A stretch of DNA of 64,000 nt. It comes from Camelus dromedarius. Its lineage: Eukaryota. This document shows positions 1-12,394 of this stretch, piece by piece. Under the pieces are notes generated by a model. That model was not told the origin of the DNA and searched no databases. It was given only the letters and a program-made list of their open reading frames with translations. Location of the stretch: positions 28,396,001 through 28,460,000 of the forward strand of contig NC_087454.1 in NCBI RefSeq assembly GCF_036321535.1, in the 5' to 3' direction. The translations under genes were made by a program, and so were the position numbers. How positions within the stretch are numbered: position 1 is the first letter of the stretch; each line of letters begins with the position of its first letter.

Positions 1-206
1 TCACAAGTTGCCTCAAGTTGTTACCTAAGCAGTTGGTGAAGGTGTGCCAGGCCCAGCTTAAGAGCTGAAAACACGCTTACCATTGTCTCCTGGTCCCTTA
101 AGTCCAGCTCTGCTGCAGTTTTGGCTCGTGGGGCCCTCCGGCTGTGAGACTGAGTTGAAAGTATTAACGGTGCCTTAAAATGTGCCAGATTATGAGGTAA
201 TTAAGT

Positions 207-607
207 TGTAATGATAATCAATCGATTTAAGGAAGAAACGGGAAATTTTACTTGAACAAAATTTGAGGATTACAACCCAAGAAGAGCATCTCAGAAAGCT
301 CAGAACTATTCCACCAGTTAGAGGTCAAGACGTAAGCTTTTTGAAATACGGCTGTACATCAAATGATGTATTGACAGTTTCCATAATCCACATCTGAGCA
401 CTATGTGACCCCATATCAAGAAGGAATATTGTCTTTAAGGAGCTGTCTTAGGTGAATGGGGCTCTTCATGGTTGAGTGGACATTTCTGCCGATGAGGAAG
501 TTTTGGTCAATAATGCAGATACACAATGCAGTGTGGGGAGAGGAAGGCCAAATGTGGGGAGAATTGTTTAAATTGTACTTGTCTTGCCATAAAACATGTA
601 TTACACA
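207..607 (-). mobile_element. 3' LTR of a degenerate class I (gamma-like) ERV
   Basis: Colinear diverged copy of 6495-6914 (shared blocks such as aagaagagcatctcagaaagct and ataatccacatctgagca). TG...CA ends. Purine tract (rc of 608-620) abuts it as a PPT. Confidence 0.8.
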
Positions 608-619
608 GTTTCCCTCTGT

Positions 620-1911
620 TGATCATTAATCTTTTGATAGAAAGCATTGGGTGATGAAATATTTTACTCCTCAGACCTAGTGTGGCTGCTTGCCTGCCCC
701 AGTGTCCATCATGTCCCTGGATTCCAGGTCCTAATAGCCCAGTTCTCCCTTTTGGGGTGGGGGGGAGGTTATACTAGCAGAATGTTTGGCAAGGATTGAT
801 ACTGAATTCTAGGTTGTCCAGTAAGGGACTTAGGCTAATTTTCCTCATGTGCATTGTGTATGTCCATTATTTTATAGAAAACTCTAGATGTGATCTATAG
901 TTTGGGGTCGTTCAGACATGATTATCTTAGTGCAAGCAGGTGACAGCATGAGAGGCAAGAGACTGTTGTAAGTTCTGCAAACTAAATTGGTAGTGGGAGC
1001 AAGTGTCATTACATTAGCAAAGATTTAAGTCAAAATCCTGAACCAAACCATTTTCCTAATGTTTACTCTTAAGTGGGAACAGGATTGTTCAAACCGGGTA
1101 TTTGACTTTTCATGGGTCATAAGGTGGGTTAACAAATATGGCCAGATGGTCATGCCATTGGAAAACTGATAGAAACCAACGTGCCTGCACTGAAGGCAGA
1201 TTGATGGTTGGCTGGGGCTGTTACCAAGGCTGCCTGCAAGTGACCTTGAGCCCAGGGGAAACCAGTTGTGCATCACCCTAACTAACATGGGGAAAGCCAA
1301 AGTCATAAACTTGTTCTGTAAATATTGGGTCTTGTTAGGAACTACCCAATAAACAACATCTAATATAAAAGCCAGAACAGGCATGTTAACTGGCTGGGTG
1401 AAAAGGGTCTTAGCGATATTTGTGGTAACATTAGCTTGCATGGTGCTACTTTTTTTAATTTTTAAATTGGGTGTTTTTGGGGTGTTTTTTTTTTGAGGGG
1501 GGAGGTAATTAGGTTTATTATTCATTTATTTATTTTTAGAGGAGGTACTGGGGCTTGGACCCAGGACCTCCTGCTGCTAAGCATGCACTCTACCACTTGA
1601 AAACTATACCCTCCCACCTAGACTTTATTCTATTTATTTATTTATTTTTTTAACATTTTTTAAAATTGAATTATAGTCATTTTTAGACTTTCTTTTAAAG
1701 TAAAATTTCTAAGGACCATCCAACTCAAGCCTTGGAGAGGAGAAATCCACCAAGGCAACCTGAGAGTACTGGACATAGGTAATTGGCCACAAACCCAACA
1801 ACTGGACTGATTTTTGAAATGTGCATAATGAGTGAGCCCAAGAAATGCATTTGGTTCATAAGCAAAACAGAAATTGTCAAAGGAATTGGTATACAGGCCT
1901 AGTCCTAGCAT
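620..1911 (-). pseudogene. env: ERV env remnant (SU with CWVC motif at ~1780-1800; decayed TM/tail toward 620-1100)
   Basis: ORF 1660-1911 reads NQSSCWVCGQLPMSSTLRLPWWISPLQG, a CXXC SU motif typical of class I env. Downstream frames are broken by stops and a SINE. Confidence 0.65.
1490..1617 (-). mobile_element. Vic-1-type camelid tRNA-derived SINE (long-tail form)
   Basis: rc gives gggagggtatag...tggtagagtgcatgcttagcagc...ggtcctgggtccaagccccagtacctcc, then an A-rich tail and aaacctaattacctcccccc. Confidence 0.85.
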
Positions 1912-3372
1912 CTTGGGTCAGCTGTCTACTTCAGATGTCCTCTTCTCATCCTGATCTGGTAGTGCTAATCTTAGTTGAAATCGGGTGTCAAAAATAAGAG
2001 TTTCAGTTCATTCAGGATAGGCCCTTCCAACGTGGCTGCAAGGAGCCCTTTATCTCATGTCTCTTCCATTATGAACAATCTGGTTTAGGTCATGGTGAGT
2101 CCAGTCTTCATCCAAAGTTAGATTACTGTGATAAACTTCAGAAAGTGTCCTTTTAATAACTAAATTTTACAAGGAGCTATCTGGGAAATGAATCTTAGCC
2201 AGTAAATACAGACTTCAATTAACAAAACTAGAATTTAATGTTCACTGAAACAATCTTTTTCTAAAATTACCCTCATTTCTACCAAACATTTGGTTAATTG
2301 TCCATAATAGCTGTAAATGACAAAAGACTAAAAGTCAAGGTTAAGAGCTTTTTGATTACAATACAACTGAAAAGAAACTTGGTTACTGCTATGACATGCA
2401 CTAAAATTATGACTGATATTTTAGGGGTTCCATACAGTTTCCAGAATGTGTATATTAATAACATTTACCTATATGACAGCCTAAGAAGTTTTATCACTGC
2501 TAATTTAACAATGCTTCCCATTTAACATACCAGATAAACCTAATTAGTTTAATGTTCCTCTCTCTTGAGATGGAGAGAAAATATTTTGAGATGTTCTAAG
2601 GACCCTTTGGAACACCTGACAGTTAGCTAGAAGTCAAATGAACTTCATTTAGAAGTTGATCATTGGAAACTTTGTCAAAAATAACAAAGTTTTAAAACAC
2701 TTGGCCAAACACAATCACAGGTCACTGTGAAACAATACCCATTCACTTAACCAAAGTAACTATAAAAGATCACAATGGCAAGTACAGATCACTTAGACAC
2801 AAACTCACAATCAGTACAATATTCTAAGAAAACTCTGTCCTCTCAGAACCAAATTCAGGTTTTGTACTGCTTTACCTTTAAAATTCATTTTCTTATTAAG
2901 TTCAATCTTAGCCAATCTTGACCATGCACAAAACTCAGTGTTCCTTTTCCACAAACCTTTCACAACTTTCTGTATCTATTCAGAAACAACCAGCTCTATC
3001 TAGGACAAAACCACCTTTTCCCCTTGAACAAAATGCATTTTTCATTCCTCACACCTTCTTTGCTGAAAACACACATCCTGCTGCCCTTGCATACTGAAAT
3101 GTTTCCTTGACAACTCTTAACCTTAACATGTTCATCTCTAGTGAGCACTAAGAAGTAGTAGTAAACTGTTTGTTGTATCAGCATTTTCTGATTGATAAAC
3201 TTACGCTTTAGTTTTCCTCTCCTGAGAAGGCCCAGCAATTAATGTTCCAGTATCCTATTTGAAATGACACAGTGAATGAATTCTTCCAAGTCACCAAATC
3301 TGGAGATACCATACAGATATTCCCAAAACACAATTATTCCTAAAGAGTTTACTAAAAGCTCTTCTCATTTAC

Positions 3373-3600
3373 TGTTACCAAAAAATCGGCCTCTGCACCC
3401 CGAAAAGTGAATTCAAACTCGGAGGCAAAGTTTGGGAGCAACGGAAAGAGCAGCTTTATTGCTTTGCCTGGCAAAGGGGAGTCACAGCAGGCTAGTGCCT
3501 TCCAAACTGTGAACCCCTTTGGGGTTGGGGCTTGGCAGTTACACAGGTAAACGGGACAGGGTGCAGCAGTGACACCAGTCAACACTGTTCTTTTACAAGA
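3373..3600 (-). mobile_element. Nested solo LTR / LTR fragment
   Basis: Begins tgttacc; has tttatt (AATAAA on -) and LTR-like composition. Right boundary uncertain. Confidence 0.45.
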
Positions 3601-3891
3601 GTTCATCGGGTGTCATGAGAACTTCAGGTGATCCACCAAGGGGTCATCTGCCTGAGACCTCTCCTATCTTGATCTAATCCATTTGGCCTCCCAGGGGCTT
3701 CTAGAAGATCTGGAATTTTAAAGTTTTGGGGGGCTTCTGTATACCAACTAAAATAGGTGAAACAGTTTAAGATGAGAGCTCTCTAAAAATTTTAACAATT
3801 TAGATGTTTCTCCAATTCAAAGAATCCATGGAGCTAGCCCTACAAATATTATTCTTTGTTAATCTAATTTTAGAAAAGAGAAAAACACCAC

Positions 3892-4285
3892 TGTTGTTTC
3901 CAGTAGACCTTGTGTGGCCCAATGCAAGTTCATGTGCCTGATGTACAGTGAGGTTAAAAAAAAAAACACCTGAAATAATCAGAGTTTGGAGCAGAGAAAG
4001 GTTTATTGCTGGGCCAAGCAAGGAGAACCGGTAACTCATGCCCAAACCGCCCTGTTCCCAAACTCCCCAAAGGGTTTCAGCAGAACATTTTTAAAGGCCA
4101 ATTAAGGGAGGGGCGTCCCAGGGTATGTGATAAGGGTATATGATCATCAAGCGTTAATATCTTCCATTTGGTGATGATTTTTTGGCATCTGAAGAACTCA
4201 GGAAATATGCATGAGATACTATTATCTGGGTACTCCAGAGAGGAGTTAGAGCAGGGAAGGGTCTGTCCCAGGAAGGCCCCATACA
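3892..4285 (-). mobile_element. Nested solo LTR (ERV1-type)
   Basis: Starts tgttg; ggtttattgc (AATAAA on -), ttttaaagg (TATA-like on -); ends near gaaggccccataca. Boundaries approximate. Confidence 0.55.
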
Positions 4286-5037
4286 CCTGCAAGCACAGAT
4301 CCAGAAGACTGCCGGCTTTAACTGCATGCTCAAAATTCAGTACTGGAGTGTCAAAAAACAACAACAACAACTTGGCCATTTCAGGGCTGGATTTTCTTTA
4401 GTTTCCAATTAGTACTCACAAGCACACATAAACCCAGCTGGTATTCCCATAGGTGACTCTTTAAATAGGAGTTGCTTGGCCTGAGGCACAACTTCCCAGT
4501 ATTAGTTTCAGATATGGGATAAGAGACATGATCTGAACAACTTTCTGAGGACAGTGTGGTGGATCACATGTGTGCTGCTCTGAGTCTCACTCCCCAAGGA
4601 CCCTTGGGTGAGTCAAATTCTTTTATGTGGCTCGATTTCTCCCAGTGACAGCCTTAAACCATCATGGGTGCTGGGAATGCTGGGGGATTAGCCTTTGTCG
4701 TGCCCCTCCCCATGACCCCTCTCCAAGAGCAGTACTTAATGGTCGTGGTGGGTCTCCCCTATAGGACTGCTGCACATCATGAGGACTGATCCACAGACAT
4801 TTCCACGAGGTCTTCAGTTGCCTGAGGACTCCTTGTGACCAGAGGAGCAAAATGTCCCTTTATTCTTTGGAACTGAATAATTCAGTCTTATTTCACTAGC
4901 AAAAGTTTTCAGACCATATACAGCTCATTTTTTTCAATTTAAGCCAAATTTAACAAGAACGCAGTGACCTATGCTTCCCAGGCCCCCTAGGTCTTTCCTA
5001 GGAAATGCTCAGTTGCCCCTTAAGACTCCAAGTCTTA

Positions 5038-6274
5038 CAGTCTACTCAAGCAATAGAAACAAAAGGGACCTAATGAAACTTACAAGCTTCTGCACAGCAA
5101 AGGAAACCATAAGTAAAACAAAAAGACAACCTACAGACTGGGAAAAATTTTTGCAAATGAAACCGACAAAGGCTTGATCTCCAGAATATATAAGCAGCTC
5201 ATACGACTTAATAAGAAAAAAACAAACAACCCAATCCAAAAATGGGCAGAAGACCTAAACAAGCAATTCTCCAAGGAAGACTTACAAATGATCAATAGGC
5301 ACATGAAAAAATGCTCAATATCACTAATTATCAGAGAAATGCAAATCAAAACTACAATGAGGTATCACCTGACACCAGTCAGAATGGCCATCATTCAAAA
5401 ATCTGCAAATGACAGATGCTGGAGAAGCTGTGGAGAAAAGGGAACCCTCCTTCACTGCTGGTGGGAATGCAGTTTGGTGCAGCCACTGTGGAAAACAGTA
5501 TGAAGATTCCTCAAAAGACTAGGAATAGACTTACCGTATGACCCAGGAATCCCGCTCCTGGGCATATATCCAGAAGGAACCCTACTTCAAAATGNNNNNN
5601 NNNNNNNNNNNNNNNNNNNNNNNNNNNNNNNNNNNNNNNNNNNNNNNNNNNNNNNNNNNNNNNNNNNNNNNNNNNNNNNNNNNNNNNNNNNNNNNNNNNN
5701 NNNNNNNNNNNNNNNNNNNNNNNNNNNNNNNNNNNNNNNNNNNNNNNCCATTTGCAGCAACATGGATGCTCCTGGAGAATGTCATTCTAAGTGAAGTAAG
5801 CCAGAAAGAGAAAGAAAAATACCATATGAGATCACTCATATGTGGAATCTAAAAAAAAAACCAAAAACAAAGCATAAATACAAAACAGAAACAGACTCAT
5901 AGACGCAGAATACAAACTTGTGGTTGCCAAGGGGGCGGGCGGTGGGAAGGAATAGACTTAGATTTCAAAATTGTAGAATAGATAAACAAGATTATACTGT
6001 ATAGCACAGGGAAATATACACAAGATCTTATAGTAGCTCACAGAGAAAAAAATGTGACAATATATGTATGTTCATGTATAACTGAAAAATTGTGCTCTAC
6101 AATGGAATTTGACACAACATTGTAAAATGATTATAAATCAATAAAAAATGTTAAAAAAATAAAAATAAATAAAATTTATCCCTTTACTGATTCAGGTATA
6201 AAAGTTAAATCATAACTATTTCTTTTTACCCATAAAACAGTTACAATAATAACACCTACAAAAAAAAAAAAAAA
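5038..6274 (+). mobile_element. 5'-truncated LINE-1 (ORF2 C-terminus + 3'UTR) with 3' tail, flanked by a 16-bp TSD
   Basis: ORF 5174-5503 reads [31 protein letters not shown]...[20 protein letters not shown] (L1 ORF2 C-terminal region) and ends at a premature TGA. TSD aagactccaagtctta at 5022-5037 and 6275-6290. Confidence 0.93.
5595..5747. other. Assembly gap (153 N)
   Basis: Run of N inside the L1. Confidence 0.99.
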
Positions 6275-6473
6275 AAGACTCCAAGTCTTAAGTGAAAACC
6301 AGCTCCAATAAAATTTGTACGGCCATCACCCAAACAATGAGATATGAACATGAGGAGAACTCACCGGAACATCCAAGGAGTACGGAGAAGCCAGTGGGGC
6401 TCAGTGGGCTCGTGCTGGTACTGAGCACTGGTTCCAGGTAGACTCTAGGTGCCCCCTGGTGGGTACCTCTGAT

Positions 6474-6491
6474 ATCCTGCTAACTACAACA
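6474..6491 (-). promoter_or_regulatory. ERV primer-binding site, tRNA-Ser type
   Basis: rc tgttgtagttagcaggat matches 14/18 to tggcgtagtcggcaggat (complement of the tRNA-Ser AGA/TGA 3' end, recalled) and lies 3 nt from the LTR end. Confidence 0.7.
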
Positions 6492-6494
6492 ATA

Positions 6495-6914
6495 TGTGAT
6501 GAAAAACTAATCAGTCAGTCTAAGCAAGAAATGGAAAATTTTACTTGAACCAAATTTGATGATACAACTCAAGAAGAGCATCTCAGAAAGCTCTGAACTC
6601 TTCCACCAGTTAGAAGTGAAGACAGTTACGTAAGCTTTTTGAGACAGAGAGCTGTACATCAAATGACATATTAACAGTTTCTATAATCCACATCTGAGCA
6701 GTGTGTGACCCCTTATCAAGAAGGAATGTTATCTTTAAGGCGCTGTCTTAGGAGAATGTGCTATTTACGATTGAGTGGAAATTTCTGCCGATGAGAAAGC
6801 CTTGGTCAATAATACAGATACACAATGCACAGTGCAGGGATAGGAGGCCAAAGGGTGGAAATGTTTTGTTTAAATTTTTCTTGTCTAGCCATAAAATATG
6901 AAATTTATTTCACA
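6495..6914 (-). mobile_element. 5' LTR of the same ERV
   Basis: Homologous to 207-607 with TG...CA termini and an adjacent PBS. Confidence 0.8.
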
Positions 6915-8127
6915 GTTGGTTGGCTCAAGAGTTAATCTGCCAGGATTAGAAGGTATAGATGTTACTCTTATACTGTAAAGCATTGATCAGATCACCTTAA
7001 AATGATGTATCAAAAGTCATGGGAAAAGAGCAGTTGTGAGTACGGAAGCCCACGGTTTATATCCCAGAGCTGTTTTATACTAAATATGGGAATGTTTCCA
7101 CTTTTGCCTATAAAATGGGGCTAATGTGGTCTATCTAGCCTGTCTGCCTCACATGGTTAAGGGTATTAAGCAAAACAACAGTTTTTAACTTAGAATTCTA
7201 TATAAAAATGCTGCATTTCTACACTAGAAATTGACACATTGCCAACTGACTATACGTCAATTAAAAAAAAAAAAGATGCACTTCTGTATTGTGTACCATG
7301 ATATATACCTTTCCCTGAACAAGTTGTGGGACTCTCCTTATTTCTGGGAAAAGCTAGCCCTATGATCTAGCCTGTAGATTAGTGTGTGCTAATGTGGGTC
7401 CATGACAGTCAACATAAATGCCTGGTATGTTCTAGGCGTAGGGAGAACAAACAACCTAGTTTCAGGAAGCAAGAGTAGGTGCAGTGAGCCATGGGGCAGA
7501 TTTAAAGAGACTGACTTTAGAAGACAGAGTTTTTCCCCTGCTGTAAAGCCTCCAGCCCCTTGCATGACCCAGCTGGTGCTCAGACCCTAGGATTCTAGGG
7601 GCTGTTCTTGACTGGCCTTTTTTATGCTTTGAGATTTCACTCGTTGTCATTCTTGGGCCAAGTTTTTTCATCAAACCCCTTTTTTCACTGCCTATCTAGA
7701 GAATGGCTGTCTGAAAGCAAAATGCCACTTGGATCCCAAGTTCATTTCCACAACCACCAGAATAAGCTGAATCAGGAAATAAACACCAACTTCTACATTC
7801 CTAAGAAATCGTTCCCAGCGGGTCAGAACCGTTTAGTGTATCCTAAGCAGCATTTTAAAAGTGAAAACACATCTATGCACCTCAAGTAGTAAAGTATGAG
7901 AGATGTTTCAATTAAAAATAAGGACTGAAACAGGAGTTATTAAAAAAAAATGTTTACTGAGGCTCATGGTCCAGAGATATGAATACAAAACAACCCCAAA
8001 GATGCTCCCTGGAGGCTTAAGTCCAGCTGATAGGTGGAGGTAAATGCACAAAAGAGGAACAGCAGAATGGCCAGTATCCAGGGTCCGTGTCTATGCGGGA
8101 CAGTCACATCCTCCAGATCTCAGAGCC

Positions 8128-8644
8128 AGGTCGAGTGAGAACAATGAACAACCTAAAAGTTGAGGATTATGTTTTATCTGGCGGACTTTCTGAGGACTCA
8201 AGCCCAGGAGGCAGCCTTGCAGATAGCTCTGAGGGACTGCTCAGAAGAGAGAAGGGAGGAACCAAAATACAGTTTTGCAACAAAAGCCAGGTAGTCAACC
8301 AGATAGCTGGAACAACAAAAGATTTCTGTTAATTAAAGAAAACCAGACATCTCAAGTCAATGAATTTAGTGCTTCTTCTATGCATGGGAATAAGCAAGAA
8401 TCTGGGCTCATTGAAATCATCCCTTTGAAATGCACCTCAGCTGCCTAGGGAAAGTACCTGTGCTTTCCATCCTGAGTCTCCTAGGGAGCACCATTGCGGG
8501 TGCTGCAGGGGCTAAGGGCTTGGCAGCCGGCAGCCCATTTGTCTCCATCCTGAGTTCCCTCAAAGCTCACCGTGGGCAAGGAGCGGTAGTGGCTGTTGGC
8601 CGCAGCATCCTTTGTTGATATGACAGGCAACATTTTTCATTCAC
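8128..8644 (-). mobile_element. Solo LTR (ERV1-type) directly downstream of C6orf226
   Basis: Ends tttttcattcaca; contains a duplicated ccatcctgagt..cct motif and aaagttgaggattatgttttat, which resemble laurasiatherian ERV1 LTRs. Confidence 0.65.
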
Positions 8645-8687
8645 AGCTGCAAAAGACCTCGAGCACCAGGAACCCACTAGGTGCCAC

Positions 8688-9212
<525 letters not shown>

Positions 9213-9288
9213 TTAGAAGAACCATGAAGGCGTGCACAGAATGCAAATGCGTGCCGACTCGCCGGTGCAGGCAAAAAGACTCGCGTTT

Positions 9289-9340
9289 ACGCACGCACAC
9301 ACACACACGCGCACGCGCGCACACACACACACACCGCACA
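9289..9340. repeat. Alternating purine-pyrimidine (CA)n/(CG)n microsatellite
   Basis: acgcacgcacacacacacacgcgcacgcgcgcacacacacacacac. Confidence 0.9.
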
Positions 9341-9634
9341 TACCTGCTTTCTGGCTCCGCAGCACCTGACAGAAAATAACGGAGGAGAGGTCTCCAGTGA
9401 CTGGAGGAGAACTGGGAATCAGTGACACCACAGCGGAGCTTCTCTCTCCCCATGTCCTGCCATCAAGACAATACCTGGTGTTCCCAGAGGGGAGGGGAAA
9501 AGATGCAGGCAGGCCAGGCGGGCTAAGTCCCTCAAGCGGCTCCCGAAGTCAGGGCCAATACAGCTCAGGTTTCTAAGTTTAACAAAAGCAAGCCTAACCT
9601 GGCACACACCACTTTAATCAAATAAGCAAAGCTC

Positions 9635-10173
9635 AGTTACTATTAATAGAACAAACTAGCATCATGTGTGATAAAAGGACTTTTCCCGTAGGGACGTGAG
9701 ATGGAAGGACGTTATTGTGGCTTATACGAGTTAATCTGAATTGTATACTAACTAAAACGGCCTACCAAACATACACTGTACATCTGCTTTCATTATTAAA
9801 GAAAAGGGCACATGTGCCAGAAGTAAAGAGTTTTCATGTTAAAAATAAAGATTAAATGTCCCTCTTCCTGGGTCACTAACACTAGTGCTCCTTTGAGGAT
9901 GAGTCCCGTCCCAGGTGCCAAGGCCATACTGACTCGCTACGTTCATGCTGGTCTGGGCTTTTTTGTTTTTCCCCCAAACCTTGAAGAAATGTAACCCTGA
10001 CTTGTTTAATGTTCTTTGTTCTGACAAGATACAAAACTGGACTGAAAAACCTGCTTATCTAGAGTAACTTCTTAGAGTAATCTGGGAAGTGGGCTTCTGG
10101 GCTAGTCCTCAGTTTGGCTCAGATAAAACTCTTTTCTATTCTTATTATTATTTATTGATTACTTTCTACGACA
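9635..10173 (+). mobile_element. Solo LTR upstream of C6orf226
   Basis: LTR layout: TATA-like gatacaaaa ~10029, gtcctcagtttggctcagataaaactc polyA region, ends cgaca. Confidence 0.6.
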
Positions 10174-10189
10174 TCTGTCTCCTGGAGTG

Positions 10190-10690
10190 AGGCACTGAGG
10201 GGGATACCACAACTCTTCCATAGTGTTCCTGCCCAAAATGTTCACTCTGAATCTTATCTTGAGCAAATGAGCAGACAAATCAAAGTGGGAGAGCATTCTG
10301 CAAAGTGACTGGACTGCAAGCTTTATAGATGTCGATGTTACGAAAGACAAAGAAAGAAAGAAAAAGACAAGACGGCAGAACTATGTCAGACTAAAGGAGG
10401 TGTGAAAAGTGCAAAGTGTAATCCTGGATTGGATCCAAAATGAGGGGGAAATTTGAAGATGGTCTGTGTATTAGATGACAGTGTTATATCAGTGTCAAAT
10501 TAAGTGCAGGAATTGTGTCTTGGTTATGTGGGAGAATGACCTTGTTCATAGGAGATATATGCTGAAGCATTTATGGGTGAAATGTCATAATAAGAAAGAG
10601 AGAAAAAGAGAAAGCAAATGTGGCAAGATTGCTAAGAACTGGTGAATCTAAGTGGTTTGAAATTTGTCAAAATACAAAGTTGGAAGGGGT
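10190..10690 (+). mobile_element. Ancient L1M 3'UTR fragment
   Basis: Diagnostic blocks such as tgtaatcctggattggatcc and ggttatgtgggagaatgaccttgttcataggagatatatgctgaagcattt. Confidence 0.6.
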
Positions 10691-10731
10691 GAGCTTGAGA
10701 AGCTAGTGTGGAAGAAACTGTCCAAACAAAG

Positions 10732-11500
10732 TGTTAGTTGAGAAAGAATTTGACTGGCCTTTGTCCCTGGTTCCTGGAGGGGAGACTAAATCCTTGGAAT
10801 TTCCCAAGTATTAGAAGTAACATTCATGGTGGGACCAAGTATTAGAAGTAACATTCATAGTTTATGCCAAGGAGGTGACTCATGGTGGCCCCTAAATGGT
10901 TTCAGGACTGGGGCTGGCCAACCATGTGATTAAAGAGTTGGGGCTTTGAGCCCAAGGTTTGTAGGGGAGGCAGTCCAAGGAGGGGGCCTGGAGATTGAGT
11001 TCAGTCTCCAGCCAATGATTTAATCAGCCATGCCTATGTAAGGAAGCCCCTATAAAAACTCTGGACACAAAGCTCAGTGGAGCGTCTTGGTTGAACTCAT
11101 CAACGTGTTGGGAGATTCCACAGGGAAAGGCTTCTGTGCCATCTTCCGGTTGCACCAGGAGCCAGCACAGTAGCCCAGCATGCAGGACCCTCTCAGACCT
11201 TGCCCTAGGCGCCTCTTCATTTGGCTGCTCCTCCTGATTTATATCCTCTCTAATAAAACTATAATCATAAGAACAGTAATTTTCTGAGTTCTATGTTCTG
11301 TGAGTTGTTCTGGCAAATTATTGAACTTGAAAGGGGTCATGGGATCCCCTAAATTTGTACTCAGTGAGTCAGAAGTGCCTGTGGCCTGGGGCCCTTCTGA
11401 ATTTGCAGCCAGTGTCTGAACTAAGAGCACTCCTGTGGGGACTGTGCTCTTGAACCTGTGGGATCTGTGCTAACCAGCCAGTTAGTGTTTGAGCTGAAGG
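10732..11500 (+). mobile_element. MER21-like LTR (ERVL group)
   Basis: ggaggtgactcatggtggcccctaaatggtttcagg, cctataaaaactctggac (TATA), ctaataaaactataatc (polyA), ttctgtgagttgttctggcaaattattgaac. Confidence 0.7.
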
Positions 11501-12394
11501 GCAGCACCTCCGCTGGCGTTTGTAACATGGAACTGGAGGAAGAACTCACCCTTCTCTCTGTGGCCTGCGTCAGTTTCTGGGTGACCTCCTGTACTTCCTG
11601 CCCTAAGGATTTCCTCCTAAACCACCAGATTCTCTTTCTTCCTCAGATGTCCTTGGCCCCAGTTCCACTCCTCACAACCTAGCTGGTGGGCTCTGGGTTC
11701 CTGCTCCACCACTGCCTTCTTTCCTACCAGAAAACATCTTTATGGAATTAAAGCCAACCTCGGGCATCCTCCCCCGCTCAGTGAGGACCACATTCTCTTA
11801 GAATTAGGTAAAGTGATGTGTATGCGTTTGGGAAGTGGGGAGTTGTCTCAGCATCATAATTTTTCTTCTCTCCAATTCTTTTATTTCCTCCTCAGCACAA
11901 CTCCAGAAGACAGACAGGATGAGTCTGAGAATTAGGGGTTGTCAGGAGGGACTTCTGGCACCACTGAACCCAACCCCCTCATATACAGGGAGGTAAACTG
12001 AGCCAGTGAGAAGGAGTAACAGGGCTGGGGTTGGAACGTGGGCCCGCTGACTCCTAGCCCAGGCTGCCTCCCCTTGACAGGGCACAGAGGCCCCTGCCCT
12101 GTGGGCAGCCGTCCTGAGCCTGTGCCCTGCCATGGACGTGCACACAGAAGGAAGGGAGACGAAAGAAGGAAAAGTGAGTAAACCCACTGGTGGGGACAGA
12201 GATACCTCCCATCCAGGCACATCCACAGCCTTTCCCTGCATCAGCTGGGACCCTGGAGGCCAAGAAGTCATTTCTGCAGGGTGTGGCAAGGCCAAATTCA
12301 ACCTCCAAACACCACTGAGCTCGTTTATAACTCATTAGACATCTTTCACCCATGATTTTCAACAGTGCGTCTCAACAGGAAATGCTCTTCAGGG

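Larger units (their letters stand above)
2100..6494 (-). mobile_element. ERV internal region (decayed, non-coding), interrupted by later insertions
   Basis: Lies between the paired LTRs. AT-rich with no intact gag or pol ORF. PBS at 6474-6491. Confidence 0.65.

Noticed and set aside
202-6920. Target-site duplication around the two-LTR ERV
   Set aside because: The flanks (aagt vs gttg) do not match, so a TSD cannot be claimed; the boundaries may be off by a few bases or decayed.
10804-10858. Perfect 24-bp direct repeat (ccaagtattagaagtaacattcat) with a 7-nt spacer, superficially CRISPR-like
   Set aside because: Only two units, inside a MER21-like LTR in a mammalian genome, with no cas genes. 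It is a local tandem duplication.
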